A DNA stretch of 64,000 bases, taken from positions 124,001 through 188,000 of the forward strand of contig NC_092674.1 in assembly GCF_964355755.1 (NCBI RefSeq). Reading direction: 5' to 3'. Below are positions 13,126 through 28,300 of the stretch, one piece after another. Positions within the stretch are counted from its first letter, which is position 1; each line of letters starts with the position of its first letter. Both the position numbers and the translations under genes were made by a program. The notes beneath the pieces are model-generated. The model made no database searches. It was not told the DNA's origin and saw only the letters and a list, made by a program, of their open reading frames with translations. Origin of the DNA: Antedon mediterranea. Taxonomy: Eukaryota > Animalia > Echinodermata.

Positions 13126-13868
13126 TATTTGTTTCATATGCACGTATAATGTTGTTTGTTGTTGCAGTATATAGCTTATTTGTTTCATATGCACGTATAA
13201 TGTTGTTTGTTGTTGCACTTTAAAGCTTATTTGTTTCATATGCACGTATAATGTTGTTTGTTGTTGCAGTATATAGCTTATTTGTTTCATATGCACGTAT
13301 AATGTTGTTTGTTGTTGCACTTTATAGCTTATTTGTTTCATATGCACGTATAATGTTGTTTGTTGTTGCAGTATATAGCTTATTTGTTTCATATGCACGT
13401 ATAATGTTGTTTGTTGCACTTTATAGCTTATTTGTTTCATATGCACGTATAATGTTGTTTGTTGTTGCAGTATATAGCTTATTTGTTTCATATGCACGTA
13501 TAATGTTGTTTGTTGTTGCAGTATATAGCTTATTTGTTTCATATGCACGTATAATGTTGTTTGTTGTTGCAGTATATAGCTTATTTGTTTCATATGCACG
13601 TATAATGTTGTTTGTTGTTGCACTTTATAGCTTATTTGTTTCATATGCACGTATAATGTTGTTTGTTGTTGCACTTTATAGCTTATTTGTTTCATATGCA
13701 CGTATAATGTTGTTTGTTGTTGCACTTTATAGCTTATTTGTTTCATATGCACGTATAATGTTGTTTGTTGTTGCAGTATATAGCTTATTTGTTTCATATG
13801 CACGTATAATGTTGTTTGTTGTTGGACTGTATAGCTTTTTTGTTTCATATGCACGTAATGTTGTTTGT
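13126..13868. repeat. Tandem minisatellite, 51-bp unit, about 14.5 copies
   Basis: Unit TATTTGTTTCATATGCACGTATAATGTTGTTTGTTGTTGCA(GTA/CTT)TATAGCT with two interspersed variants and one 48-bp unit. Confidence 0.96.
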
Positions 13869-14102
13869 CCATAATACGTAACATTATTTGGTATTTTACA
13901 TAAACGGTTGTATACTCTTACTGGAGTTATTTTTTATGGTTGTCGAAATCAATATAACTAATTGTTAAGGTTGGTTACCGTTTTAAAGGGTTATAGGCTC
14001 TACTTACCGTGTTACTCTAACACAGCACCCTCTAAAGTCTAAACAAGTTTTTTTAAACGACAATGCTTTCGTATTTTAATATTACGGTAAACTACGGAAA
14101 CT

Positions 14103-17100
14103 TACGGCAAGCCTCAGCTGTCTGAAGTATTCAAAATATTATATTATTATATCATTTTTTTATTATATTATATATTGTATTGTAATGAATTATACGTTTT
14201 GGATTATATTACTTGGTTTTAGCATTATATTATATCTATTTCTAATATATTATGTGAAAAATGTAACAAATTATTGACGTTTTGTATTATATTATTTGGT
14301 TTTAGCATTATATTATGAACATTTAATATTATATTATTAATAAAATACATTATATTATAATATAATTGTATTATATTAAACGCATTTACTTTACTTTATA
14401 ACATACAACATTATTATATTATACGGATTCGTTAGTTATACTATTATTTTGTATGATGTTTATTATACGTCACGGCTTATTTCAGTTCTTCTAACTCTTT
14501 CTCTCCCTCCCCCTGTTCACTAGCAATCAGTGGCCGGCAGAATCGGAATTGTGTGACTGTTGAAGAATAACTACGTACTAGGCCTAGCCTAGACCAACTA
14601 GGGGATCTAGACAAGGACCAAGGATCACCGGACAGCTACAACTAATACTACAATACAATAATACTACTACAATAACTACTACTGCTACTACCTAGGCCTA
14701 GCTAGTGAGTAGTAGGTAGCTACTACTAGGCTCTGGGCGTATGTATGATGTTAACGGATTCCCATGTTAACTACTACTAGGTAGGGCCTAGGCTAGGCCT
14801 AGAGGCCTACTAGTACTAGGCTAGGCCTAGACTTAAGTTGTAGTAGGCTAGGGCCGGGCCTGCTGCCTTAGGCTAGGCTAGGCTACTACTACTACTACTA
14901 GGCAGCCCATGATGGGTACGAGTAAGCCAAAATTTTGGATATATGTAAACCAAAATTTGGGTACGAGCGTGTTGGCATGGCATGGGTACGGGTTGACCTG
15001 TATCCTTCTAGCTAATCGTACTATGCCTAGGCCTCAAGTAAGTCTACGCTACCCAGTCCGGCTACAATATGGTCTATTTTGTTTAATTATAGCTTTATTG
15101 ATAGCTGGGTTCAAATCTGGGTTGGGACGGCTTTTTCTCATTCTAAAACAGATTTCCTTATAATAAAATAATATATAATTTATTTGTAATATTGTAATGT
15201 ATACATAATATAAGTAATTGTCATTGCCTTTATTACTATTAATTATGTATTATACGGTTACCCCTTAATTATACTATAGTATAATTTCCTTGTTATATTT
15301 TACAATATTTTCTTCCTAATTCTACAATTTTGTCTTTCACAGCACAAATTTATCATACTGAATCATCACACACCAAGTCTCATAAATCTCTACTGTATTT
15401 GTCCAAGCTACTCCAGCTACATTGTATTGCCTTGAGGCTAAACTACACGGTATACTGGCACTACCATCATTCCTGTCTCGTCAACCTGTACCACATAAGC
15501 ACAGTTTCAGTTTCAGTTTATTTACCATTTAAATTTCTGAACATAAGAGATGAACAACTTATATGGATGGATAACCGTAAGAGCGAAGCTCGTTTACCGG
15601 TCACCCGTTAGTGCAGTGACATTACAGACAACACAAAGACAGGACAAAGGTGCAATACTTAACAAGACATGTGAACATTCGTGTTTGCAATCCCTTGGAT
15701 AAAATAATATATTTATATAATGGAGAAAGTTAGATATTATAATATTTCTTTTTGATCATACAATGATAATTTTTAAATTACTTCTTAAGAAGTCATACTA
15801 CTGATTCAAAACTACTCCCAACTACCTAATCTAATAATAGTACTATTAGCATACTACTATACACTTTGTAGACAAGAAATAAGTTGTATACACCTAGAGG
15901 ACTTATGGTAGTACAGTCGATCGCCCTCTCACTGGCCCGGTCAACATAATCTATACCTAGATTATTACAGTAATTAAAGTACATTATTACAGAGTTTTTT
16001 TTTTTTTTGCAGAAATCAAAGTTATGTGTATAGAAAGCAGTACTCGTATTAAAAACTAAGCAGGTTGCAGGTCTTGAACGCAAACTGGCAGGATATTTTG
16101 AATATTTTTGTTGTTGAAATGATGGAATCCTAACTTCAATTTCCACGAACCCTTTTATTTAAATTTATTTGAATAGACCTCCATGTAAACTCATTAAAGG
16201 CTACATGATTGTTGATAGTAGAAAATCATTGTGTATAATGAGGACTATGAATCTGATATTTACTTGCATTCTCATCTTTTTAAATTATTATTTATAATGC
16301 CGGTAATGAGTTTAAAATTTAATTATATTGACTATTTTTGATAATCATCATGTCCTTATAAATTCATTTATATTTCTTTTGTGTAATATAGTTCATATAT
16401 TATGTATTAAGTAAATTGGTAAGGCCCTATACTGTTACTATTTAAGGAAAGTTTATATACACTATTATTTTATGCCTACCAATATTAGTATTAATTGTTT
16501 ATGTAAATATTTTGTCTAATTGCCTTGATTTTTTGTATAGGCCAATGGCATCAATGTTTTTCTCAAAGCAAATTAGCCTAATAATGCCACATTTAGACAC
16601 ATGATTCATTGATTTCTGATATTCTGTACTTGTGTATGCATTACTAAAATAGTAGTTAATATATTTCATTTATAATGTATGTATAAACATATATTCATAT
16701 TTTTTTAAACATTTTTAAATTTAAAAATGATTACAATACCTATCTACCTTTCTGATATTGTTACTATTATATAATATTCTTTGAGGCAGCAATAAAAAAA
16801 AATTAGAACAATTAATTTGAGTTATACTGTACTATGTTAGTTCAGGAGATAAAGTGTGTGTGTGGGCAGAAACTAGTGTGTTGGAGGTTGGTGGTGTGAG
16901 GTGTATAGTTGTCACTTTAAGACCTAAATTAGATGTTTTCTGAAGAAAAGAAGTAAGCGGATACGCTTTCAAACAACTCCAAGAAGATTCACACAAAAAT
17001 AATTACTTTCCAATTAAGTAGTATAACAGTGTATATTACAGTACATTGAATAAACTCGAGCGGAATAATAACGCACATAAAAAAACATTCATATTCTTTT

Positions 17101-20100
17101 CGAAAAGTGCCCTCTCTAGTTTTCTATTAATTTATTAATAATTATTATTAATTAATGAGTAATATGAACATATTTTTAATATTCAATGCTGGAAGCTGGT
17201 TCTACTCCTAACAAAGTTTCATATCTCCAAATTTCATCAACGTATTCAAAGCACTTCAATATTAAATATCACATTTAACATAAAAATTCGGGTTTTGGAT
17301 AGAATTTTGCTTAAAAACATATACAAAAAACATCGATAAAAAATACTTTTCGTATTCAAAAACATTTGATACTTGGTATAAATGTTCACTATAGGTTGCT
17401 CTATTCACAGAAAAAAAAATTGCATTCATGAACGTTTTTTGTTGGTCGTTTTTTCAAAATAGTTATTAGCTTGAAAAAAATGAGTTGGAATTGTATGGTC
17501 TTTCATAAGTGTACATTTTGTAAAAACGTAAATTTAAAAAATCAGTGATATGGCTTGATAGTTATTTTTTGTTTGCAATATGGATGGAGCAACCTATATT
17601 GAACATTTATACCAAGTATCAAATGTTTTTGAATACGAAAAGTATTTTTTATCGATGTTTTTTGTATATGTTTTTAAGCAAAATTATATCCAAAACCTGA
17701 ATTTGTAATGTTAAATGTAATTTATTTAAGTGCTTTGAATACGTTGATGAAATTTGGAGATATGAAACTTTGTTAGGAGTAGATACAGTTTCCAGCATTA
17801 AATTTTAAAAATATGTTTATATTACTCATTAATTGAAAAATAATTATTAATAAATTAATAGAAAACTAGAGAGGGCACTTTTCGACAAGAAAATGAATGT
17901 TTTTTATGTGCGTTATTATTCCGCTCGAGTTTATTCAATGTACTGTAATATACACTGTTATACTATTTTATTGGAAAGTAATTATTTTTGTGTGAATCTT
18001 CTTGGAGTTGTTTGAAAGCGTATCCGCTTACTTCTTTTCTTCAGAAAACATCTAATTTAGGTCTTAAAGTGACAACTATACACCTCACACCACCAACCTC
18101 CAACACACTAGTTTCTGCCCACACACACTTCATCTCCTGAACTAACATAGTACAGTATAAGTCAAATAAATTTTTTAATTTTTTTTTATTGCTGCCTCAA
18201 AAATTATATAATAGTAACAATATCAGAAAGGTAGATAGGTATTGTAATAATTTTTAAATTTAAAAATGTTTAAAAAAAATATGAATATATGTTTATACAT
18301 ACATTATAAATGAAATATATTAACTACTATTTTAGTAATGCATACACAAGTACAGAATATCAGAAATCAATGAATCATGTGTCTAAATGTGGCATTATTA
18401 GGCTAATTTGCTTTGAGAAAAACATTGATGCCATTGGCCTATACAAAAATCAAGACAATTAGACAAAATATTTACATAAACAATTAATACTAATATTGGT
18501 AGGCATAAAATAATAATGTATATAAACTTTCCTTAAATAATAACAGTATAGGGCCTTACCAATTTATTTAATACATAATATATGAACTATATTACACAAA
18601 AAAAGTATAAATGAATTTATAAGGACATGATGATTATCAAAAATAGTCCATATAATTAAATTTTAAACTCATTACCGGCATTATAAATAATATTTTAAAA
18701 AGATAAGAATGCAAGTAAATATCAGATTCATAGTCCTCATTATACACAATTATTTCCTACTATCACATATTAAAATATAAAACAATCATGTAGCCTTTAA
18801 TGACTTTACATGGAGGTCTATTCAATTAAATTTAAATAAAAGGGTCATAATATGTCTTCGTCTCCAGTTCGTGGAAATTGAAGTTAGGATTCCATCATTT
18901 CAACAACAAAAAATATTCAAAATATCCTGCCAGTTTGCATTCAAGACCTGCAACCTGCTTAGTTTTTAATACGAGTACTGCTTTCTATACACATAACTTT
19001 GATTTCTGCAAAAAAAAAAAAAACTCTGTAATCATGTACTTTAATTACTGTAATAATCTAGGTATAGATTATGTTGACCGGGCCAGTGAGAGGGCGATCG
19101 ACTGTACTACCATAAGTCCTCTAGTGTATACAACTTATTTCTTGTCTACAAAGTGTATAGTAGTATGCTAATAGTACTATTATTAGATTAGGTAGTTGGG
19201 AGTAGTTTGGAGAGATACATTTATTTATAAAAGAGTACTGTATATATGGAACTATCTGTGTTAGCCGCCTTTGTATTTTTAGATATAATACCAATAGGTA
19301 CTATGTATTGGGAAACAATTCAACAGTTATGAATAAAAAAAGTCCTATGTACTCTGTATGTTGGAGGAAATAAATAAGCATAAGAGCAAATAAAGCCTTG
19401 ACCACAGGGTGTAAGTCACTATTTTGAATCAGTAGTATGACTTCTTAAGAAGTAATTTAAAAATTATCATTGTATGATCAAAAAGAAATATTATAATATC
19501 TAACTTTCTTCTTTATATAAATATATTATTTTATCCAAGGGGTTGCAAACACAAGTGTTCACATGCCTTGTTAAGTATTGCACCTTTGTCCTGTCTTTAT
19601 GTTGTCTGTAATGTCACTGCACTAACGGGTGACCGGTAAACGAGCTTCGCTCTTACGGTTATCCATCCATACAGTATACCGTGTAGTTTAGCCTCAAGGC
19701 AATACCATGTAGCTGGAGTAGCTTGGACAAATACAGTAGAGATTTATGAGACTTGGTGTGTGATGATTCAGTATGATAAATTTGTGCTGTGAAAGACAAA
19801 ATTGTAGAATTAGGAAGAAAATATTGTAAAATATAACAAGGAAATTATACTATAGTATAATTAAGGGGTAACCGTATAATATATAATTAATAGTAATAAA
19901 GACAATGGCAATTACTTATATTATGTATACATTACAATATTACAAATAAATTCATATATTATTTTATTATGATAAGGAAATCTGTTTTAGAATGAGAAAA
20001 AGCCGTCCCAACCCAGATTTGAACCCAGCTATCAATAAAGCTATAAAACAAAATAGACCATATTGTAGCCGGACTGGGTAGCGTAGACTTACTTGAGGCC

Positions 20101-20977
20101 TAGGCATAGTACGATTAGCTAGAAGGATACAGGTCAACCCGTACCCATGCATGCCATGCCAACACGCTCGTACCCAAATTTTGGTTTACATATATCCAAA
20201 ATTTTGGCTTACTCGTACCCATCATGGGCTGCCTAGTAGTAGTAGTAGTAGTAGCCTAGCCTAAGGCAGCAGGCCCGGCCCTAGCCTACTACAACTTAAG
20301 TCTAGGCCTAGCCTAGTACTAGTAGGCCTCTAGGTCTAGCCTAGGCCCTAGTAGTTAACATCATACATACGCCCTAGAGCCTAGTAGTAGCTACCTACTA
20401 CTCACTAGCTAGGCCTAGGTAGTAGCAGTAGTAGTTATTGTAGTAGTATTATTGTATTGTAGTATTAGTTGTAGCTGTCCGGTGATCCTAGGCTAGGCCT
20501 AGTACGTAGTTATTCTTCAACAGTCACACAATTCAGATTCTGCCGGCCGCTGATTGCTAGTGAACAGGGGGAGGGAGAGAAAGAGTTAGAAGAACTGAAA
20601 TAAGCCGTGACGTATAATAAAAATCATACAAAATAATAATATAACTAACGAATCCGTATAATATAATAATGTTGTATGTTATAAAGTAAAGTAAATGCGT
20701 TTAATATAATACAATTATATTATAATATAATGTATTTTATTAATAATATAATATTAAATGTTCATAATATAATGCTAAAACCAAATAATATAATACAAAA
20801 AGTCAATAATTTGTTACATTTTTCACATAATATATTAGAAATAGATATAATATAATGCTAAAACCAAGTAATATAATGCAAAACGTATAATTCATTACAA
20901 TACAATATATAATATAATAAAAAAATGATATAATAATATAATATTTTGAATACTTCAGACAGCTGAGGCTTGCCATA
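14103..20977. mobile_element. Giant palindromic element, copy 2 (6875 bp, with internal deletions)
   Basis: Starts TACGGCAAGCC (one substitution) and ends GGCTTGCCATA. TSD GAAACT at 14097-14102 and 20978-20983. Spacer at about 17402-17586. Deletions near 15810 (about 210 bp) and 19670 (about 100 bp) relative to the other arms. Confidence 0.93.
14748..14771. mobile_element. Probable excision footprint or collapsed element: 8-bp TSD around GGATTCCC
   Basis: Reads ATGTTAAC-GGATTCCC-ATGTTAAC. The other seven arms have a single ATGTTAAC. Confidence 0.7.
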
Positions 20978-23900
20978 GAAACTAATACATTTGATGTTTC
21001 ATATTCAAGGTTTACTTTAATTACCCACTACTTGACTAAAATGAATACCAAAATGCGCAGTCTCACTGATCTAAATAAAGAATATTAATCTAATGTATGG
21101 CAAGCCTCAGCTGTCTGAAGTATTCAAAATATTATATTATTATATCATTTTTTTATTATATTATATATTGTATTGTAATGAATTATACGTTTTGCATTAT
21201 ATTACTTGGTTTTAGCATTATATTATATCTATTTCTAATATATTATGTGAAAAATGTAACAAATTATTGACTTTTTGTATTATATTATTCGGTTTTAGCA
21301 TTATATTATGAACATTTAATATTATATTATTAATAAAATACATTATATTATAATATAATTGTATTATATTAAACGCATTTACTTTACTTTATAACATACA
21401 ACATTATTATATTATACGGATTCGTTAGTTATATTATTATTTTGTATGATGTTTATTATACGTCACGGCTTATTTCAGTTCTTCTAACTCTTTCTCTCCC
21501 TCCCCCTGTTCACTAGCAATCAGCGGCCGGCAGAATCTGAATTGTGTGACTGTTGAAGAATAACTACGTACTAGGCCTAGGCCTAGCCTAGGATCACCGG
21601 ACAGCTACAACTAATACTACAATACAATAACTACTACTGCTACTATCTAGGCCTAGCTAGTGAGTAGTAGGTAGCTACTACTAGGCTCTAGGGCGTATGT
21701 ATGATGTTAACTACTAGGGCCTAGGCTAGGCCTAGAGGCCTACTAGTACTAGGCTAGGCCTAGACTTAAGTTGTAGTAGGCTAGGGCCGGGCCTGCTGCC
21801 TTAGGCTAGGCTACTACTACTACTACTACTACTAGGCAGCCCATGATGGGTACGAGTAAGCCAAAATGTTGGATATATGTAAACCAAAATTTGGGTACGA
21901 GCGTGTTGGCATGGCATGGGTACGGGTTGACCTGTATCCTTCTTTCTAGCTAATCGTACTATGCCTAGGCCTCAAGTAAGTCTACGCTACCCAGTCCGGC
22001 TACAATATTATGGTCTATTTTGTTTTATAGCTTTATTGATAGCTGGGTTCAAATCTGGGTTGGGACGGCTTTTTCTCATTCTAAAACAGATTTCCTTATC
22101 ATAATAAAATAATATATGAATTTATTTGTAATATTGTAATGTATACATAATATAAGTAATTGCCATTGCCTTTATTACTATTAATTATTTATTATACGGT
22201 TACCCCTTAATTATACTATAGTATAATTTCCTTGTTATATTTTACAATATTTTCTTCCTAATTCTACAATTTTGTCTTTCACAGCACAAATTTATCATAC
22301 TGAATCATCACACACCAAGTCTCAAAAATCTCTACTGTATTTGTCCAAGCTACTCCAGCTACATGGTATTGCCTTGAGGCTAAACTACACAGTATACTGG
22401 CACTACCATCATTCCTGGCTCGTCAACCTGGACCACATAAGCACAGTTTCAGTTTCAGTTTATTTACCATTTCAATTTCTGAACATAAGAGATGAACAAC
22501 TTATATGGATGGATAACCGTAAGAGCGAAGCTCGTTTACCGGTCACCCGTTAGTGCAGTGACATTACAGAAAACATAAAGACAGGACAAAGGTGCAATAC
22601 TTAACAAGACATGTGAACACTTGTGTTTGCAACCCCTTGGATAAAATAATATATTTATATAAAGGAGAAAGTTAGATATTATAATATTTCTTTTTGATCA
22701 TACAATGATATTTTTTAAATTACTTCTTAAGAAGTCATACTACTGATTCAAAATAGTGACTTACACCCTGTGGTCAAGGCTTTATTTGCTCTTATGCTTA
22801 TTTCCTCCAACATACAGAGTACATAGGACTTTTTTTATTCATAACTGTTGAATTGTTTCCCAATACATAGTACCTATTGGTATTATATCTAAAAATACAA
22901 AGGCGACTAACACAGATAGTTCCATATATACAGTACTCTTTTATAGATAGATGTATCTCTCCAAACTACTTCCAACTACCTAATCTAATAATAGTACTAT
23001 TAGCATACTACTATACACTTTGTAGACAAGAAATAAGTTGTATACACCTACAGGACTTATGGTAGTACAGTCGATCGCACTCTCACTGGCCCGGTCAACA
23101 TAATCTATACCTAGATTAATATTACAGTAATTAAAGTACATTATTACAGAGTTTTGTTTTTTTTGCAGAAATCAAAGTTATGTGTATAGAAAGCAGTACT
23201 CGTATTAAAAACTAAGCAGGTTGCAGGTCTTGAATGCAAACTGGCAGGATATTTTGAATATTTTTTGTTGTTGAAATGATGGAATCCTAACTTCAATTTC
23301 CACGAACTGGAGACGAAGACATATTATGACCCTTTTATTTAAATTTATTTGAATAGACCTCCATGTAAAGTCATTAAAGGCTACATGATTGTTTTATATT
23401 TTAATATGTGATAGTAGGAAATCATTGTGTATAATGAGGACTATGAATCTGATATTTACTTGCATTCTTATCTTTTTAAAATATTATTTATAATGCCGGT
23501 AATGAATTTAAAATTTAATTATATTGACTATTTTTGATAATCATCATGTCCTTATAAATTCATTTATACTTTTTTTGTGTAATATAGTTCATATATTATG
23601 TATTAAATAAATTGGTAAGGCCCTATACTGTTATTATTTAAGGAAAGTTTATATACACTATTATTTTATGCCTACCAATATTAGTATCAATTGTTTATGT
23701 AAATATTTTGTCTAATTGCCTTGATTTTTGTATAGGCCAATTGCATCAATGTTTTTCTCAAAGCAAATTAGCCTAATAATGCCACATTTAGACACATGAT
23801 TCATTATTTCTGATATTCTGTACTTGTGTGTATGCATTACTAAAATAGTAGTTAATATATTTCATTTATAATGTATGTATAAACATATATTCATATTTTT

Positions 23901-24019
23901 TAACATTTTTAAATTTAAAAATTATTACAATACCTATCTACCTTTCTGATATTGTTACTATTATATAATATTCTTTGAGGCAGCAATAAAAAAAAAATTA
24001 GAACAATTAATTTGACTTA

Positions 24020-25347
24020 CTAGATGGCACGCTCGCTTCGCTCGCGTACCATCTAGGTCGTGCCCACAGATGGTTCTCGAATACACAGTATTTCCAGCGA
24101 GAAAAAAATGGAGATTTCAAATGTACGTACCGCAAGACTATAATACATTGTCGTTTACAGAAACGAATAAATATACACAATGATTTATGTAGTCAACCAA
24201 AATTAGCACCCTGGGAATTACTTCCGAGAGAGAAACAAAATGAGTCAAATTTTTTTATTTGGACTCATTTAAACAAACCCAATTTGTGTTTTGTATGTAA
24301 CATTAAGGGTTGAGGGATGGGGGAAGAGGATAGGTACAAAGAGGAAACATTTTAAAATATATTCTTATCCACTCAGTAACGAAATATTGTTTTTAATGTT
24401 TTATAGGCCTATAAATAATATACCACTAAATACAGTAAAACATTTACGATTTAATACGGTACTTTGTTAAAACTCTCACTGTCATAGTCGATTGAAATAG
24501 TAAAGTACATGTAACGATACACCACTACGACGTTTATATATTTTTAAATTATTAATTAATACAAACGTTGAGAAGCAACTGTCAGTAATAACGTTTATTT
24601 ATTTGTATATTATATGTTTATAATCTAACAGTAGGGCCTACCCACACTCACAGTAATAAAGTTTATTTGTATATATTTTTATATTACATCTAACAGTACC
24701 AACACTCACAGTAAGAAATTTGCGATTCAAATTGCGATCAAAAGTGGTTTTAACCATTAAAATACCTTAACAGTATTGTACAGCCAGGGAACTCCCTGGT
24801 ACAGCATTGTAATACTATTTATGTTTATTCTCCAAGGGGGCCCATAAATCTAAATCTATACCTGTATGGTTAAACCAAATAATTTGGAATGTTCCATTCA
24901 TCACAAATCAATACATTTGTAAAAACGTATATTAAATGTATCAAAATAGTATTTTTTAAAGAAAATCGGCCTGTCTTCAACATTATGATGCTGTACTCGA
25001 ACTGTTCAACCGGTTTTCAGCTATTAAAAACAATTATCGTAGGAGGAGATAGGAAAATGCGAAGCCTCCTCGCATTTTTGTGGCGGGTATTTTTCAAGAT
25101 GGACATCCATTAGACAGTGTATACCACGATCGGAAAACACCCCTATTTGGGGCAAATCGTTGAACCTAAATTCGTTTTAATCGTCAATAACTAATTATCT
25201 AACTTAATTTAATTAGTAAACAGGGTTACATCAGGTGGTTAAAATCAGTACCGAAAGTACGAACCAACTTTATATACCATCGAGTAAAAATTCTAGAAGT
25301 AAGGCGCGATTTACCGAATTTTGCCCTTACGTAAATTTATATATAGA
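24020..25347 (-). mobile_element. Non-autonomous Helitron (1328 bp) nested in copy 3
   Basis: On the minus strand it begins 5'-TC and ends CTAG-3', and it is inserted between A and T with no TSD. The empty site CAGTA|TAAGTC is present in paralogous arms. 3' hairpin CTAGATGGTACGC...GCGTGCCATCTAG. No Rep/helicase ORF. Confidence 0.88.
24778..24805. mobile_element. Mini-palindrome with 7-bp direct repeats (P-element-like footprint)
   Basis: Reads GTACAGC-CAGGGAACTCCCTG-GTACAGC. Confidence 0.6.
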
Positions 25348-28300
25348 TACTGTACTATGTTAGTTCAGGAGATGAAGTGTGTGTGGGCAGAAACTAGTGT
25401 GTTGGAGGTTGGTGGTGTGAGGTGTATAGTAGTCACTTTAAGACCTAAATTAGATGTTTTCTGAAGAAAAGAAGTTAGCGCATACGCTTTCAAACAACTC
25501 CAAGAAGATTCACACAAAAATAATTACTTTCCAATAAAGTAGTATAACAGTGTATATTACAGTACATTGAATAAACTCGAGCGGAATAATAACGCACATA
25601 AAAAAACATTCATTTTCTTTTCGAAAAGTGCCCTCTCTAGTTTTCTATTAATTTATTAATAATTATTATTAATTAATGAGTAATATGAACATACATATTA
25701 ACATTTAATGCTGGAAACTGTATCTACTCCTAACAAAGTTTCATATCTCCAAATTTCATTAACGTATTCAAAGCACTTCAATAAATTACATTTAACATTA
25801 CAAATTCAGGTTTTGGATATAATTTTGCTTAAAAACATATACAAAAAACATCGATAAAAAATACTTTTCGTATTCAAAAACATTTGATACTTGGTATAAA
25901 TGTTCAATATAGGTTGCTCCATCCATATTGCAAACAAAAAATAACTATCAAGCCATATCACTGATTTTTTAAATTTACGTTTTTACAAAATGTACACTTA
26001 TGAAAGACCATACAATTCCCACTCATTTTTTTCAAGCTAATAACTATTTTGAAAAAACAACCAACAAAAAACGTTCATGAATGCAATTTTCTTCTGTGAA
26101 TAGAGCAACCTATAGTGAACATTTACACCAAGTATCAAATGTTTTTGAATACGAAAAGTATTTTTTATCGATGTTTTTTGTATATGTTTTTAAGCAAAAT
26201 TCTATCCAAAACCCGAATTTTTATGTTAAATGTGATATTTAATATTGAAGTGCTTTGAATACGTTAATGAAATTTGGAGATATGAAACTTTGTTAGGAGT
26301 AGAACCAGCTTCCAGCATTGAATGTTAAAAATATGTTCATATTACTCATTAATTAATAATAATTATTAATAAATTAATAGAAAACTAGAGAGGGCACTTT
26401 TCGAAAAGAAAATGAATGTTTTTTTATGTGCGTTATTATTCCGCTCGAGTTTATTCAATGTACTGTAATATACACTGTTATACTACTTTATTGGAAAGTA
26501 ATTATTTTTGTGTGAATCTTCTTGGAGTTGTTTGAAAGCGTATGCGCTTACTTCTTTTCTTCAGAAAACATCTAATTTAGGTCTTAAAGTGACTACTATA
26601 CACCTCACACAACCAACCTCCAACACACTAGTTTCTGCCCACACACACTTCATCTCCTGAACTAACATAGTACAGTATAAGTCAAATTAGTTGTTCTAAT
26701 TTTTTTTTTATTGCTGCCTCAAAGAATATTATATAATAGTAACAATATCAGAAAGGTAGATAGGTATTGTAATAATTTTTAAATTTAAAAATGTTAAAAA
26801 AAATATGAATATATGTTTATACATACATTATAAATGAAATATATTAACTACTATTTTAGTAATGCATACACACAAGTACAGAATATCAGAAATCAATGAA
26901 TCATGTGTCTAAATGTGGCATTATTAGGCTAATTTGCTTTGAGAAAAACATTGATGCCATTGGCCTATACAAAAATCAAGGCAATTAGACAAAATATTTA
27001 CATAAACAATTAATACTAATATTGGTAGGCATAAAATAATAGTGTATATAAACTTTCCTTAAATAATAACAGTATAGGGCCTTACCAATTTATTTAATAC
27101 ATAATATATGAACTATATTACACATAAAAAGTATAAATGAATTCATAAGGACATGATGATTATCAAAAATAGTCAATATCATTAAATTTTAAACTCATTA
27201 CCGGCATTATAAATAATATTTAAAAAAGATAAGAATGCAAGTAAATATCAGATTCATAGTCCTCATTATACACAATGATTTCCTACTATCACATATTAAA
27301 ATATAAAACAATCATGTAGCCTTTAATGACTTTACATGGAGGTCTATTCAAATAAATTTAAATAAAAGGGTCATAATATGTCTTCGTCTCCAGTTCGTGG
27401 AAATTGAAGTTAGGATTCTGGACATCATTTCAACAACAAAAAATTTTCAAAATATCCTGCCAGTTCGCATTCAAGACCTGCAACCTGCTTAGTTTTTAAT
27501 ACGAGTACTGCTTTCTATACACATAACTTTGATTTCTGCAAAAAAAACAAAACTCTGTAATAATGTACTTTAATTACTGTAATAATCTAGGTATAGATTA
27601 TGTTGACCGGGCCAGTGAGAGTGCGATCGACTGTACTACCATAAGTCCTGTAGGTGGATACAACTTATTTCTTGTCTACAAAGTGTATAGTAGTATGCTA
27701 ATAGTACTATTATTAGATTAGGTAGTTGGGAGTAGTTTGGAGAGATACATCTATCTATAAAAGAGTACTGTATATATGGAACTATCTGTGTTAGCCGCCT
27801 TTGTATTTTTAGATATAATACCAATAGGTACTATGTATTGGGAAACAATTCAACAGTTATGAATAAAAAAAGTCCTATGTACTCTGTATGTTGGAGGAAA
27901 TAAGCATAAGAGCAAATAAAGCCTTGACCACAGGGTGTAAGTCACTATTTTGAATCAGTAGTATGACTTCTTAAGAAGTAATTTAAAAATTATCATTGTA
28001 TGATCAAAAAGAAATATTATAATATCTAACTTTCTCCTTTATATAAATATATTATTTTATCCAAGGGGTTGCAAACACAAGTGTTCACATGTCTTGTTAA
28101 GTATTGCACCTTTGTCCTGTCTTTATGTTTTCTGTAATGTCACTGCACTAACGGGTGACCGGTAAACGAGCTTCGCTCTTACGGTTATCCATCCATAAGT
28201 TGTTCATCTCTTATGTTCAGAAATTGAAATGGTAAATAAACTGAAACTGTGCTTATGTGGTACAGGTTGACGAGCCATGAATGATGGTAGTGCCAGTATA

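Noticed and set aside
13120-13884. 254-aa and 207-aa repetitive ORFs on opposite strands
   Set aside because: By-product of a 51-bp (3n) minisatellite lacking stops in those frames.
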